Shown: one piece after another, positions 54,457 to 64,000 of the stretch
Position numbering within the stretch: the first letter of the stretch is position 1
Layout: every line of letters starts with the position of its first letter
Assembly: GCA_965116875.1 (NCBI GenBank)
Contig: OZ220733.1
Coordinates: 4,736,001 to 4,800,000, forward strand
Origin: Candidatus Latescibacterota bacterium
GTDB lineage: Bacteria; Latescibacterota; UBA2968; GCA-2709665
Length of the DNA stretch: 64,000 nt
Direction of reading: 5' to 3'
Translations under genes and position numbers: made by a program
Notes under the pieces: model-generated
Told to the model about the DNA's origin: nothing
Seen by the model: only the letters and a program-made list of their open reading frames with translations
The model's database searches: none

Positions 54457-55524
54457 CTATGCCCGATAGACTTCGGCGACACGAGCCGCGATCCCTCTCC
54501 AGTCAAGCGACCTGGCGCGATCAAATGCCGCGATGCCGGCCGCATCGAGGTCGCGTCGTCTGATGTCGAGCAGGGCGTTTGACAGCGCCCCACTGTCCTT
54601 CGGGTCGTACAATATGCCCATTGAGTCATCGACCAGTTCCGGAAGGCATCCCATCGCCGGTACGATGACCGGCTTCCCGAACGAAAGGGCGGCGATTGCG
54701 GATCCGGACGTCAGAACTTGTGAAAACGGCAGTACCACGACGTCCGCGGCATTCAGATAGATCTGAAAGTCTTCATTCGGGAAAAAGGAGTGCGTAAACA
54801 CACGAATGCGTTCGTCCTCCTCCGCCAGGGCAATGACCCGTTCGGCGTGACTTCCATCAAAGGCTCTTCGGGTCATAATAGCCAGCCGCGTGTCGGGAGC
54901 CGCACATTCACGATAGGAGCGGATCAGCTCTTCGATTCCCTTGTATACCCTGGCGTTTCCAAAGAACAGATAGACAAACGCGTCCGCCGGCAACTGCAAC
55001 CGGCGCCGGGCCGCATCTCTCGAGATCTCGTTGGGGAAGACGTCGATGTAGTGGCCGTGCGGAATGACGTGCACCCGATCGGCGCGATAGAAGAGTCTGC
55101 GCGCAAGTCTGGCGCCGTAGCTGCAGTGCGCAATCATGCCGTCGGCCAGACTTCCCACGATCAACCGCGCCATATGGTCCAGGTCCGGGAACGGTCGTTC
55201 GTGCGGGTACCTGTTGTGCAACGTCCAGACAACCCGGTACCCCAGTTCCCTGGCATAGTGCAGATTGTCTGCAAAGCGGTTGAGCCGGGAAACCGATTTC
55301 TCAAGGGTGTCATCCCGGTAGAACCAGTGCAGCCAGTTCAGGTGCAATACCTCATAGTCGCATCGCGCGGATTCCAACCAGTTCCGACTGAACGCGTAAT
55401 CGCCAAGCTCGAGATGGATGCCGAGCCGTGCCAGGTCGCGAGCAAGCAGGGGCCCATAGGGATTGCACCTGTCCTCCAGACCCAGGCCGCCTGCCGCGGC
55501 TTCCCAGAAGAAAAACGCCCGCAC
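54457..55524 (-). CDS. GT4 family glycosyltransferase
   Basis: NPY, HLNW, WTLHN, IPHG, FFG..R.YKG, TSGS..ALSFGKP. Confidence 0.87.
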   Translation of the reverse strand: MRAFFFWEAAAGGLGLEDRCNPYGPLLARDLARLGIHLELGDYAFSRNWLESARCDYEVLHLNWLHWFYRDDTLEKSVSRLNRFADNLHYARELGYRVVWTLHNRYPHERPFPDLDHMARLIVGSLADGMIAHCSYGARLARRLFYRADRVHVIPHGHYIDVFPNEISRDAARRRLQLPADAFVYLFFGNARVYKGIEELIRSYRECAAPDTRLAIMTRRAFDGSHAERVIALAEEDERIRVFTHSFFPNEDFQIYLNAADVVVLPFSQVLTSGSAIAALSFGKPVIVPAMGCLPELVDDSMGILYDPKDSGALSNALLDIRRRDLDAAGIAAFDRARSLDWRGIAARVAEVYRA

Positions 55525-55527
55525 CGT

Positions 55528-56472
55528 TCAATATCCTTTTTTCTTGTCGATCACGCTCAACAGCGGCTGCCCGGCCTCCAGCCTTTTCAGGTTTTCACAG
55601 AACAGGTTTACGATGCGATCCTGTCTGTTCGGCGACCCTCCTGCCGTGTGCGGGGTGATCAGGACGTTTTCCATCTTCCACAATGGATGGTCCGGCGGGA
55701 GCGGTTCAACCGGTACGACGTCCAGTCCCGCCCCGGCGATCCTTCCGCGCGCCAGCGCGTCGACCAGCGCGTGTTCGTCCATGATTCCGCCTCGCGTTAC
55801 GTTGATCAGCAGCGCGCCGGATTTCATGGAGCGGAAGGCGCGTTCGTCGAACATACCCCGTGTATCGGGCGTCAGGGGCGCGCATACGGACACCACGTCG
55901 GACAATGCCAGAAGGTCGTGAAACCGGTCCATCTTCCAGCAGGACGCCACGCAGGGTTGCACATCCACGTCTTCCGGGTCCACCGCGATGACCCGCATGC
56001 CGAACGCCCCGGCTCTTCTGGCGAGTTCCCGGCCGGTCCCTCCCAGACCCACGATTCCCATCGTCATGCCCACAAGTTCCCAGCTCGCGTTCCGGATCGG
56101 CATACGCTGGTCCCACCCGGGTTTCCGTACGGCCCATGCGATTCCTCGTGTGAGCCCGAGCAACAGTGCCATGGCGTGCTCGGCCAGATGCACGCCGACG
56201 GTTCCACGACCGCTTGTCAATACAACGTTACTGTCGACGAACGACTTGAACAGCTGCCCGTCAACGCCGGCGCCCCAGGTCTGTACCCAGCGCAATCGCT
56301 CTCCCCGCCGGAACATCTCCGGGCTCAGGCTGCCGAAAACCACTTCCACCTGTGGCATGACGTCCAGCATTTCGACTTCGGACTCCGGCATCACCAGTTG
56401 CGCGCCTTCGACCGCAGACGCAATCTCCTCCCTGTGACGATCCGTCAATTCCACCCGCAGCAGGATTTTCAT
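55528..56472 (-). CDS. D-2-hydroxyacid dehydrogenase
   Basis: GAGVD, GLGGTG, INVTRG, LDV...EP, TPHTAG. Confidence 0.92.
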   Translation of the reverse strand: MKILLRVELTDRHREEIASAVEGAQLVMPESEVEMLDVMPQVEVVFGSLSPEMFRRGERLRWVQTWGAGVDGQLFKSFVDSNVVLTSGRGTVGVHLAEHAMALLLGLTRGIAWAVRKPGWDQRMPIRNASWELVGMTMGIVGLGGTGRELARRAGAFGMRVIAVDPEDVDVQPCVASCWKMDRFHDLLALSDVVSVCAPLTPDTRGMFDERAFRSMKSGALLINVTRGGIMDEHALVDALARGRIAGAGLDVVPVEPLPPDHPLWKMENVLITPHTAGGSPNRQDRIVNLFCENLKRLEAGQPLLSVIDKKKGY

Positions 56473-56516
56473 GTCGTTGCCTCAGATCCGCAATGTGAGA
56501 TCGCCTGCCGGTTCAT

Positions 56517-57764
56517 TCAGAATGTCTCGGCGGCGGAGGCTCGAACCGCCGCGGCGAGGGCGTCGATCTTTTCGTCGGGGAACCATGGGTTGACGGTGGT
56601 CAGAAGGAGTACCCGCTGCAGCAGGTCTTCGGTGCGGGGGCAGAGGCCAGGGCCGTACGAGACATCGCCGTCGTACGCCGGCGAATTCCAGGGATTCGAG
56701 TGGGGAGAAGCCGTGGCCTGGTTCCGGATGGGCGGCCCCATATAGACCGGCTTTCCGTTGTATCCCAAACCGGCCGAAAACCCTCGAGCGCGCATCGAAT
56801 TCGCAAACCGTGAGCAGGTGTCTCGATCCTCGAAGATCAGATCCCAGTGGACCCCGAGGTGGCCGTCTTCGTCGTTTGCCGGTCTGATATTCACACCGGG
56901 CGCGCCAGCGATGGCCTCCTTGAATCGCCGGAACTTGCCACGCAGGGCCTCGACAACGTCATCCATCTTCTGCAACTGCGCGAGCGCAACCGCCCCGGAC
57001 ATCTCGGGCATGCGGTAATTCTCGCCCACAAAGGGTTCCAGGGTCGGCTCGAAGCCCGGAAATCGGGTCTTTTCCCGAAACAGTCCCTGGTCGTGGTAGC
57101 GTACGGCGCGTTCGTAGAGTTCCGCATTGTCGGACAACACCACACCGCCCTCCCCGGATGTGATAATCTTTCCGAACTGCAGGCTGAACGCCCCCAGATC
57201 GCCCCACGTCCCGATGGCTTTTCCACGATAAGTAGCGCCGGCGCTCTGGGAGCAGTCTTCGACCACTTTCAATCCATGCCTCGCGGCGATTTCCATTATG
57301 CCATCCATCCTGCAGGGTGTCCCCCACAGATGTACCGGCAGAATGGCCTTCGTCCGGGGCGTAATTCTGGATTCGATGGCATCCGGGTCCAGCGTCATCG
57401 AACTGTCGACTTCGGAGAAGATCGGTACGCCCCCGAGCAGGACGACCGCCCCCGGTGTGGCCACAAATGTGACCGGGGGCATAATCACCTCGTCGCCCGG
57501 GCCAACCCCCGCGGCTACGAGGGCGACCTTGATTGCGGCCGTTCCGGAAGTGACTGCAAGCGCATACGCGGAATCCATCCTCCGGGCAAAACCCTGTTCA
57601 AAACGCGCCACCATGTCCAGACGGTCGGGACCGTAATCCCTCGAAAGAGATCGACTCTTTATGACTGCCAGAACCTCCTGAACCTCCTCATCGTCCAGTA
57701 CGGAAGCCCCGGCGTGCAGATTTCGCACCGGACTCTCCGGTGGCAATGTCCGATTCTTCGCCAT
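56517..57764 (-). CDS. DegT/DnrJ/EryC1/StrS PLP-dependent aminotransferase
   Basis: SGTAA, GDEVI, EDCSQS, SLQFGK (PLP Lys), GEGG, GENYRM. Confidence 0.9.
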   Translation of the reverse strand: MAKNRTLPPESPVRNLHAGASVLDDEEVQEVLAVIKSRSLSRDYGPDRLDMVARFEQGFARRMDSAYALAVTSGTAAIKVALVAAGVGPGDEVIMPPVTFVATPGAVVLLGGVPIFSEVDSSMTLDPDAIESRITPRTKAILPVHLWGTPCRMDGIMEIAARHGLKVVEDCSQSAGATYRGKAIGTWGDLGAFSLQFGKIITSGEGGVVLSDNAELYERAVRYHDQGLFREKTRFPGFEPTLEPFVGENYRMPEMSGAVALAQLQKMDDVVEALRGKFRRFKEAIAGAPGVNIRPANDEDGHLGVHWDLIFEDRDTCSRFANSMRARGFSAGLGYNGKPVYMGPPIRNQATASPHSNPWNSPAYDGDVSYGPGLCPRTEDLLQRVLLLTTVNPWFPDEKIDALAAAVRASAAETF

Positions 57765-57782
57765 CCCGGTTTCTCCCTCGCG

Positions 57783-59183
57783 TCATGCCGGAAAGGCAGG
57801 ACGCAGAAAATCGCCGGTTTCCTGCATCCAGCCGGCGAGTTGCGCTCTCAGTTCGTCGCGGGCCCCACGAAAACAAGGTTCCTTCGCGAGGTTTTGCAAT
57901 TCATTCGGATCCGCTTTGCGATCGAAAAGCTGATCGGCATCGCGATGGTGATAGATATATTTGTATGCGTCTGTCACCACCCCCCTTGTATGGATCCCGC
58001 CCCTGTTATACCCGTTGAACTCGACAAACGCCGCCCCGCCGGCGCCTCTCCGGGCGCCGGTCAGATCCGTCATCAGGCTCCTGCCCTGTACCCGTTCCAT
58101 CGGCGGAAGATCCAGCAGATCCAGAATGGTTGGCGGCAAATCGACGTGAGAGCCGAAACCGCCTCGAACGCCGGGCTTGATGCCGGTTGAGGCGATCATG
58201 GCCGGCAGCTGGATGGATTCCGCGTAGAGTACGCCCTTCTGGTAGAGGTTGTGGGCGCCGAGCATTTCGCCGTGATCGCAGGTAAAGACAACGACCGTGT
58301 CGTCCGCTCGGCCGGAAGCCTCCAGCGCGTCCAGGACCGTGCCCACGCAGACATCCAGAAACGCGACAAAACCCCAGTAGGTTGCCGTCGCCAACGCCCA
58401 GCGCTCCCAGGACCAGCCGCGCACACACTGCGCTCCCGCGGCGTTCCGAACGGGATCCGGCAGGCCGTCCATATTCTCGCCGAAGCTTGGCGGAGGCGAC
58501 ATCTCCCCTGGCGAAAACATACTGAAATACGGTTCGGGAACCAGAATCGGAGGATGGGGACCGCCCAGCGAACACCATGCCGCAAACGGTCGATCGCTCG
58601 GCGCGCAGCGGATGAACTCGCTTACGTTTCTCGCAATTTCCATATCGGGATGGGCATCTGACGGCTCCAGCCAGCGCGCCGGAACCGGAATGCTGATACC
58701 CCAATCGTGCATTGCCCCCGCGTCGGTGGGCGTGGAGATGGGCGCCCTCTGATCTCCGTCCTTGCCGCCCTGCGCGATCAGCATTCTGAGATGGTCCTTG
58801 TACGGGAATCCGCGCGGCACGAAGTGGGCGTATTCTCCGGACCGGTCGTCCTCCGGCTGCCGGTTGACGTGCCAGATACCCTCGTATCCGACGTGATAGC
58901 CGTAATCCAGCAGTGCGTCGATCAGCAACTGCTCTCCGACGTTCAGTGTGTCGTACCCCGCGCCGAATGTCGTCGCTCCGTGGGCGTGCGGCCAGCGTCC
59001 GGTCATCATGGAAGGGCGCGTGGGCACGCACAGAGGGGATGCACAGTAAAACTCCTGGAATATCGCGCTTCGTTCGGCCAGCCCGTCGAGCCGGGGCGTT
59101 GGAACTCGCCCTCCGTAAGCACCCAGCGTCTGTCGCTGGAGTTGATCGCATAGAATCACGAGGAGATTTTTCTTCACCTGCAT
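57783..59183 (-). CDS. Sulfatase (Cys type)
   Basis: CDQ, CVPTR (CxPxR), MTGR, PHPP, DHGE, QKG; start MQVKKNLL at 59183. Confidence 0.9.
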   Translation of the reverse strand: MQVKKNLLVILCDQLQRQTLGAYGGRVPTPRLDGLAERSAIFQEFYCASPLCVPTRPSMMTGRWPHAHGATTFGAGYDTLNVGEQLLIDALLDYGYHVGYEGIWHVNRQPEDDRSGEYAHFVPRGFPYKDHLRMLIAQGGKDGDQRAPISTPTDAGAMHDWGISIPVPARWLEPSDAHPDMEIARNVSEFIRCAPSDRPFAAWCSLGGPHPPILVPEPYFSMFSPGEMSPPPSFGENMDGLPDPVRNAAGAQCVRGWSWERWALATATYWGFVAFLDVCVGTVLDALEASGRADDTVVVFTCDHGEMLGAHNLYQKGVLYAESIQLPAMIASTGIKPGVRGGFGSHVDLPPTILDLLDLPPMERVQGRSLMTDLTGARRGAGGAAFVEFNGYNRGGIHTRGVVTDAYKYIYHHRDADQLFDRKADPNELQNLAKEPCFRGARDELRAQLAGWMQETGDFLRPAFPA

Positions 59184-59340
59184 GTGCGTTCCCCGTCCGG
59201 CGTCTGCCCGGTTCTGTACGACGTTGCCCTGAACTGACGCGAAAATGGCGCCGTGTGCGTATCTTCGTACCCTGGCGCCGCAGTTGCGAAACGCGTTCAA
59301 GGACCCGGGCAGGTCGTTTCCGGCATCGCAGTTCTGCGTT

Positions 59341-59994
59341 TCAATCCGGTTCAATTACCAGGGAAACCGCCAGCCATCCTCCAACCGGGACAATGTTCGA
59401 AACCAGGCGCGGGTGCTGTGCCACGCGTCTGTTATATTCCTGGATTCCACGTCGGCCGTCTCCCGCGTCCAGCGCTTCGTGCGCATGACCGTGACCATTT
59501 GCGTTGTCCGCCACGATCAACCCGCCGACCCTCGTGTTTTCGAGAGCGAAATCCAGATACACCGGGTAGTTTTCCTTGTCGGCATCTATAAATACGAGGT
59601 CGAACGGCCCTTCTTCCACGAGGTTCTGCATTAACACGGCGCCTTCTCCAACGCGCACGTCAGTCCGATCCGCCAGGCCTGCCGCAGCCAGATTCCTGCG
59701 CGATACTTCGGCGTGTTTCGGATCGACCTCGAGAGAAACAAAACACCCGTCGTCCGGCAATGCCCGCGCCAGCCAAATCCCCGAGTAGCCGGCGAGCGAA
59801 CCGAATTCCAGGATCTTCTTCGCTCCGATCGCTTTCGCCAGCAAATAGAGCGTCTTTCCCGATTCCGGACTGATGGATATGCGCGGAAGCCCTTGAGCGG
59901 CCGCGCCGGGCATGACGCTCTTCAGCAATTCGTCCTCCCGGGCGAACACCTCCCGCCGATAGGTATCCAGGTCGGGATATGTCAACTCAGCCAC
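59341..59994 (-). CDS. O-methyltransferase (CCoAOMT/COMT-like)
   Basis: LEFGSLAGYS, FDLVFIDADK, DN; GTG 59994 after GGAGG (alternative ATG 60009). Confidence 0.88.
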   Translation of the reverse strand: MAELTYPDLDTYRREVFAREDELLKSVMPGAAAQGLPRISISPESGKTLYLLAKAIGAKKILEFGSLAGYSGIWLARALPDDGCFVSLEVDPKHAEVSRRNLAAAGLADRTDVRVGEGAVLMQNLVEEGPFDLVFIDADKENYPVYLDFALENTRVGGLIVADNANGHGHAHEALDAGDGRRGIQEYNRRVAQHPRLVSNIVPVGGWLAVSLVIEPD

Positions 59995-60010
59995 GTCGCC
60001 TGCCTCCATT

Positions 60011-61009
60011 CTACGCGCCCGCATTCGCCATATAGCCGCGAAAATCAACAACGCGCCCTTCGTCGGACGCCGCCCCGATTCCCTCCACCATTCCCACGGT
60101 GGCCAGATTGCGGTGTCCGCTGAAACCCGGTTCGATGCCTTCCGTCACGTACAGCTGAAACCCGTCCAGCAGGACCTCTTCCGGCGACGCGGTCGGATCG
60201 GGAGCGATGACTTCATCTTCGTCCTTACCCCGAGCGCGCACGACCAATCCGGAGTCGGTCACTTCCAGGGTACCGCCTTCCAGTTCCAGCCTCAGTGTGG
60301 ATCCACCTTTGTGCGCGGCGAACGTGCACAGATATCCACAGGTCGCCCCACCCTCGAATTCGATCCACGCGTGGACACCCGCTCCGCCCTTATAAGGGCT
60401 CCATGGCGGATTGAAGCTGTGCCCCCAAACGCGCACGGGATCGGCGTTGAAAAGAAATCGCAGCGTATCAAGATCGTGTATGCCCCGTTCCCAGAGATAA
60501 GCGTGCTCGTCTTCGCCTGAATGGTGAACCCGGGGTCTCCAGCCGTACTTGGTCATCAGGCCGAAGACAGGCCGTCCGTAAACGCCCTGTTTTACGAGAC
60601 GGTTGATCGTGACGTGGGCGGGCGCATACCTGGCGTTCTGACAGACGGCGACCCTGACGCCCATGGCGTCGGCTTCACGCACCACCCGGCATGCTTCCTC
60701 CAGGCTCTTTGTGAACGGCTTTTCCACCAGAACGTGTTTGCCCGCACGAACAGCCTGCAGGCACTGATCGGCGTGCAGCTGCGGGGGTGTAATGACAACG
60801 ACGGCGTCGGCTTCAACACGTTCGATCGCTTCGCGCAAAGACCCGTAGCACGCGGCTTCGGGCAATCCGGAATCCTCCCGCGCCGACCTCAGATTGTCTT
60901 CGTTTACATCGACGAGCGCCACACTTTGAAAGTCCGTCCGATCCAGCACGCGACGAACCGGCCACTTCCCCCTGCCCCCGACCCCAAGGTGAATAAGACG
61001 AATTGGCAT
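60011..61009 (-). CDS. Gfo/Idh/MocA family oxidoreductase
   Basis: GVGGRG, TPP..H, GKHVLVEKP, IHDLD. Confidence 0.9.
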   Translation of the reverse strand: MPIRLIHLGVGGRGKWPVRRVLDRTDFQSVALVDVNEDNLRSAREDSGLPEAACYGSLREAIERVEADAVVVITPPQLHADQCLQAVRAGKHVLVEKPFTKSLEEACRVVREADAMGVRVAVCQNARYAPAHVTINRLVKQGVYGRPVFGLMTKYGWRPRVHHSGEDEHAYLWERGIHDLDTLRFLFNADPVRVWGHSFNPPWSPYKGGAGVHAWIEFEGGATCGYLCTFAAHKGGSTLRLELEGGTLEVTDSGLVVRARGKDEDEVIAPDPTASPEEVLLDGFQLYVTEGIEPGFSGHRNLATVGMVEGIGAASDEGRVVDFRGYMANAGA

Positions 61010-61224
61010 ACCGTCTCCTCGAAAATCCGCTTTGCGGGCTGTTTGCGAATGAAAATCCGGGTTTGCACAATATAAGGAACTCGCCGGGAAGCCGCACGGT
61101 TTTCCTTCGCCTCACTGGAACCTGGACGCTGCGTTGTTTATCCGGTTGACATCGGTGTTCCAATGCGCTAATTATGTTTCTCGAAATACAGAGGGTTCAG
61201 GCATGGTTGGAGAAAGGAGACCGA

Positions 61225-62712
61225 ATGCTCGACACCGTTGATCTTTCGCGAAAAGTGGCAAAATCGAGATATAAGGAACTCATGGGGGGCCTTGAACTGA
61301 GACTCGGGCAACTTCAGCGAAACGCCAGAAAGTGGAAGATCCCGATTGTCGTTGTCTTCGAGGGTCTTGAGGCATCCGGCAAGGGTACGCAAACCAACAA
61401 GCTCCTCCTTGCGCTGGATCCCCGCGGCTTCACCGTATACCCGACCCATCCGGCCAACGAGGAAGAGCGCAGAAAGCCCTTCCTGTGGCGTTTCTGGACG
61501 AAGATACCCGAGGGCGGGAGAATCGCGATTTTCAACCGATCCTGGTACGGACGCTTTCTCGTGGAACGAATGGACCAGACGATCACAGAACAGGACTGGA
61601 ATCGGGCTTACGGCGAAATCAGGTCTTTTGAGAAACAGCTCGTCGACGCGGGCACGGTTATCGTCAAGTTCTTTCTGCACATCTCCCAGGCCGAACAGAG
61701 GAAACGGTTCATGAAGCTTCAGAGCAGCCCTTCGACGGCATGGCGCGTAACCGACTACGACTGGCAGAAACACGAAAACTACCGCGAATGCCTGGACGTA
61801 GCCACGGAGATGCTGGAAAGGACACATTCCGGGTTTGCGCCGTGGACGCCGTTGGGAGCAGATAACTGGCGGTCCGCAAACGTAACGATCTTCAGGACGG
61901 TTATCGACGCCGTCGACGGTAGAATTCGTCGGCTGGAAAATGCCGACGCCTCCGCACGGCCGTCGCCACCCAAACTCGAAAAAACACCGTCCGGCATCCT
62001 GAAGAAGGTCGATCTTTCGAAATCCATGAAGAAGTCCGACTATCGCAAAGCCCTCAAAAAGTACCAGGCCCGGATCAAGAACCTGGAACACGAGGTCCAC
62101 CGCCGCCGCATCCCCGTAGTGCTCGTCTACGAAGGTTGGGACGCGGCGGGCAAGGGCGGCAACATCAAACGCCTCGTGCAGAATATGGACCCCAGAGGGT
62201 ATGAAGTCATTCCCATTGCGGCGCCCAACGACATTGAGATGGACCACCACTATCTCTGGCGATTCTGGAACCGAATGCCCAAGACCGGCCACATCACCAT
62301 TTTCGACCGATCATGGTACGGGAGGGTTCTTGTGGAACGAATCGAGGGATTCTGTTCGGAATTGGAGTGGAAACGCGCCTATCGGGAAATCAACGAAATG
62401 GAAGAACACCTGACGAACTTCGGCGCCGTCATTCTCAAGTTCTGGATGCACGTGGACAAAGACGAACAGCTCAGCCGGTTCAAGGACCGTAAGAAGAACC
62501 CGCACAAGCGTTGGAAGCTCGCGGACGAAGACTGGAGGAACCGGGAGAAGTGGGACGCATACGAGGAAGCGGTAGAAGAGATGATCCACCGGACCGGCAC
62601 ACCGAACGCACCGTGGGTAATTGTCGAATCGAACTCGAAGTACTATGCCAGAATCAAGGTGCTGAAAACCGTTACTCGAAAACTGGAGTCGCGCCTCGGC
62701 ATCCGGCATTGA
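61225..62712 (+). CDS. Polyphosphate:AMP phosphotransferase (two-domain PPK2)
   Basis: Two PPK2 domains (EGLEASGKG / EGWDAAGKGG; NRSWY / DRSWY); AAGGAG RBS before ATG 61225. Confidence 0.92.
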   Translation: MLDTVDLSRKVAKSRYKELMGGLELRLGQLQRNARKWKIPIVVVFEGLEASGKGTQTNKLLLALDPRGFTVYPTHPANEEERRKPFLWRFWTKIPEGGRIAIFNRSWYGRFLVERMDQTITEQDWNRAYGEIRSFEKQLVDAGTVIVKFFLHISQAEQRKRFMKLQSSPSTAWRVTDYDWQKHENYRECLDVATEMLERTHSGFAPWTPLGADNWRSANVTIFRTVIDAVDGRIRRLENADASARPSPPKLEKTPSGILKKVDLSKSMKKSDYRKALKKYQARIKNLEHEVHRRRIPVVLVYEGWDAAGKGGNIKRLVQNMDPRGYEVIPIAAPNDIEMDHHYLWRFWNRMPKTGHITIFDRSWYGRVLVERIEGFCSELEWKRAYREINEMEEHLTNFGAVILKFWMHVDKDEQLSRFKDRKKNPHKRWKLADEDWRNREKWDAYEEAVEEMIHRTGTPNAPWVIVESNSKYYARIKVLKTVTRKLESRLGIRH

Positions 62713-62735
62713 TCCAATATCCGAGGAGAGTCCCA

Positions 62736-63989
62736 ATGCAGGTCACAGAGGTTGAAATCACGTTCCTGGATGTACCGTTCACGCCGCACAGCAACGAACA
62801 CCTCCAATACTGGCTGCCCCAGTGGCGCATCATCCAGATCTGCCGGCTCACAATGGACAACGGTATTGTGGGATGTGGTGAAACGGTCCACAACTATACG
62901 TGGGCCCAGGTACCCGAACGGATCGAAAGCCGCATTCACGATCGGCCCGCTGCGGAGTTGATGTGGGACGACAGTCTGGGCGCAGGCGTTCAAATGGCGT
63001 TGTTCGATGCCGTGGGCAAGAGCCTTGGCGTGCCGGCCTACCGATTGCTCGGCACGAAGGTCCGGGACTGGTGCCCGATCTCCTGGTGGCACATGGACAT
63101 GCCGCCCGCGGACTGGGCGGAAGAGTGTCGTCAGGCCGTGAACGCGGGGTACATGAGCGCCAAACTCAAAGCCAGGCCATGGTTCGACCTGCACGCAGCG
63201 GTGCGAGCCGTACAGGAAGTGGTACCGGACGGGTTCCATCTCGACTTTGACTACAACGGTACGCTGGGCAATTCCGCAAACGCCGTCCCCCACCTGAAGG
63301 CATTGGAGGCCTATCCCCAGATTGCTATGGTAGAAACGCCGATTCCCCAAAGCGACGTGGCGGGCAACCGCCAGATCCGCACGCGTTTCAATCGGCCTCT
63401 CGCCATGCATTACGGAAGTCCGCCGGCAATCACAGCGTTGAACGAGGACGTGACGGACGGCTTCGTGTTGTGCGCTGGCGCTTCGCGGCTTTTGAGGCAG
63501 GCCGCCGTGTGCGAAGAAGCCAACAAGCCCTTCTGGCTGCAGCTCGTCGGTACCGGGATTACTACGGCCTGGGCCGCACACCTCGGCGCGGTACTGCCGC
63601 AGGCCAGGTGGCCGGCAATCACCTGCATGAACATCTGGGAACATTCACTGATCACCGCGCCTCATGACGTGCGCGGCGGATTCTACAGAGTGCCCGAGGC
63701 TCCGGGCCTGGGCATCGACGTCGACGCTGACGCGTTGACGCGATATGCAGTCTCTCATGCCTGGGTTGACGCGCCACGTCATCTCTACCGGTACGCCCGT
63801 GCCAATGGAGAAGTCACCTGCTACGCCTGCAACCGGCAGGACCTCCACCGCATCTACGTTGAAGACGCGCAGCCGATCTCGGAACCCGGTTCGATTCTGA
63901 CGATTGTACCCGACGACGGAAGCGAAGGATTCGACGGCCGGTATATGGCCGCATCCCGAACGCCGGTCAGAGAAAATGTCCGGCCCTGA
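62736..63989 (+). CDS. Mandelate racemase/muconate lactonizing enzyme family protein
   Basis: MALFDAVGK..GVP...LLG, KLKARP, DFDYN, ETP, PGLGI; GAGGAG RBS before ATG 62736. Confidence 0.85.
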   Translation: MQVTEVEITFLDVPFTPHSNEHLQYWLPQWRIIQICRLTMDNGIVGCGETVHNYTWAQVPERIESRIHDRPAAELMWDDSLGAGVQMALFDAVGKSLGVPAYRLLGTKVRDWCPISWWHMDMPPADWAEECRQAVNAGYMSAKLKARPWFDLHAAVRAVQEVVPDGFHLDFDYNGTLGNSANAVPHLKALEAYPQIAMVETPIPQSDVAGNRQIRTRFNRPLAMHYGSPPAITALNEDVTDGFVLCAGASRLLRQAAVCEEANKPFWLQLVGTGITTAWAAHLGAVLPQARWPAITCMNIWEHSLITAPHDVRGGFYRVPEAPGLGIDVDADALTRYAVSHAWVDAPRHLYRYARANGEVTCYACNRQDLHRIYVEDAQPISEPGSILTIVPDDGSEGFDGRYMAASRTPVRENVRP

Positions 63990-64000
63990 AGATTCGAATA

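Overview
A GC-rich, gene-dense window of a bacterial chromosome with almost all genes on the minus strand. The lineage is probably FCB-group (a Latescibacterota/Gemmatimonadota-like diderm); this is inferred from a Bacteroidetes-type bS22 peptide, the Mla and outer-membrane genes, and the enolase, sulfatase and oxidoreductase content. It contains about 55 CDS and three tRNAs (Pro-CGG, Pro-GGG, Arg-CCG). Housekeeping genes include hpt, udgB, folE, ychF, class I aldolase, PBP1A, lexA, a sigma-70 factor, HU and PPK2/PAP. Larger blocks are: a DUF3500-rtcB-CobW-archease-mobA run; a xanthine-dehydrogenase-family operon with two tandem Mo subunits and a MoaD-like protein ending GG-L; a Phd/VapC toxin-antitoxin pair; a decayed accessory stretch with PP2C and a Ser/Thr kinase whose C-terminal FGE-type CLec domain resembles a DGR variable region; an mlaEFD operon extended by two paralogous Ca-binding repeat proteins, one fused to a tetraheme c-type cytochrome; and a sugar-modifying cluster. 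Several MITE/REP-like elements lie in intergenic DNA. I saw no CRISPR array, integrase, transposase or reverse transcriptase. The best novelty candidates are the Mla + propeller-cytochrome operon, the RtcB/archease/metallochaperone operon, the DGR-like kinase C-terminus and a candidate new LexA box. All calls come from motif recognition by eye; no searches were run.
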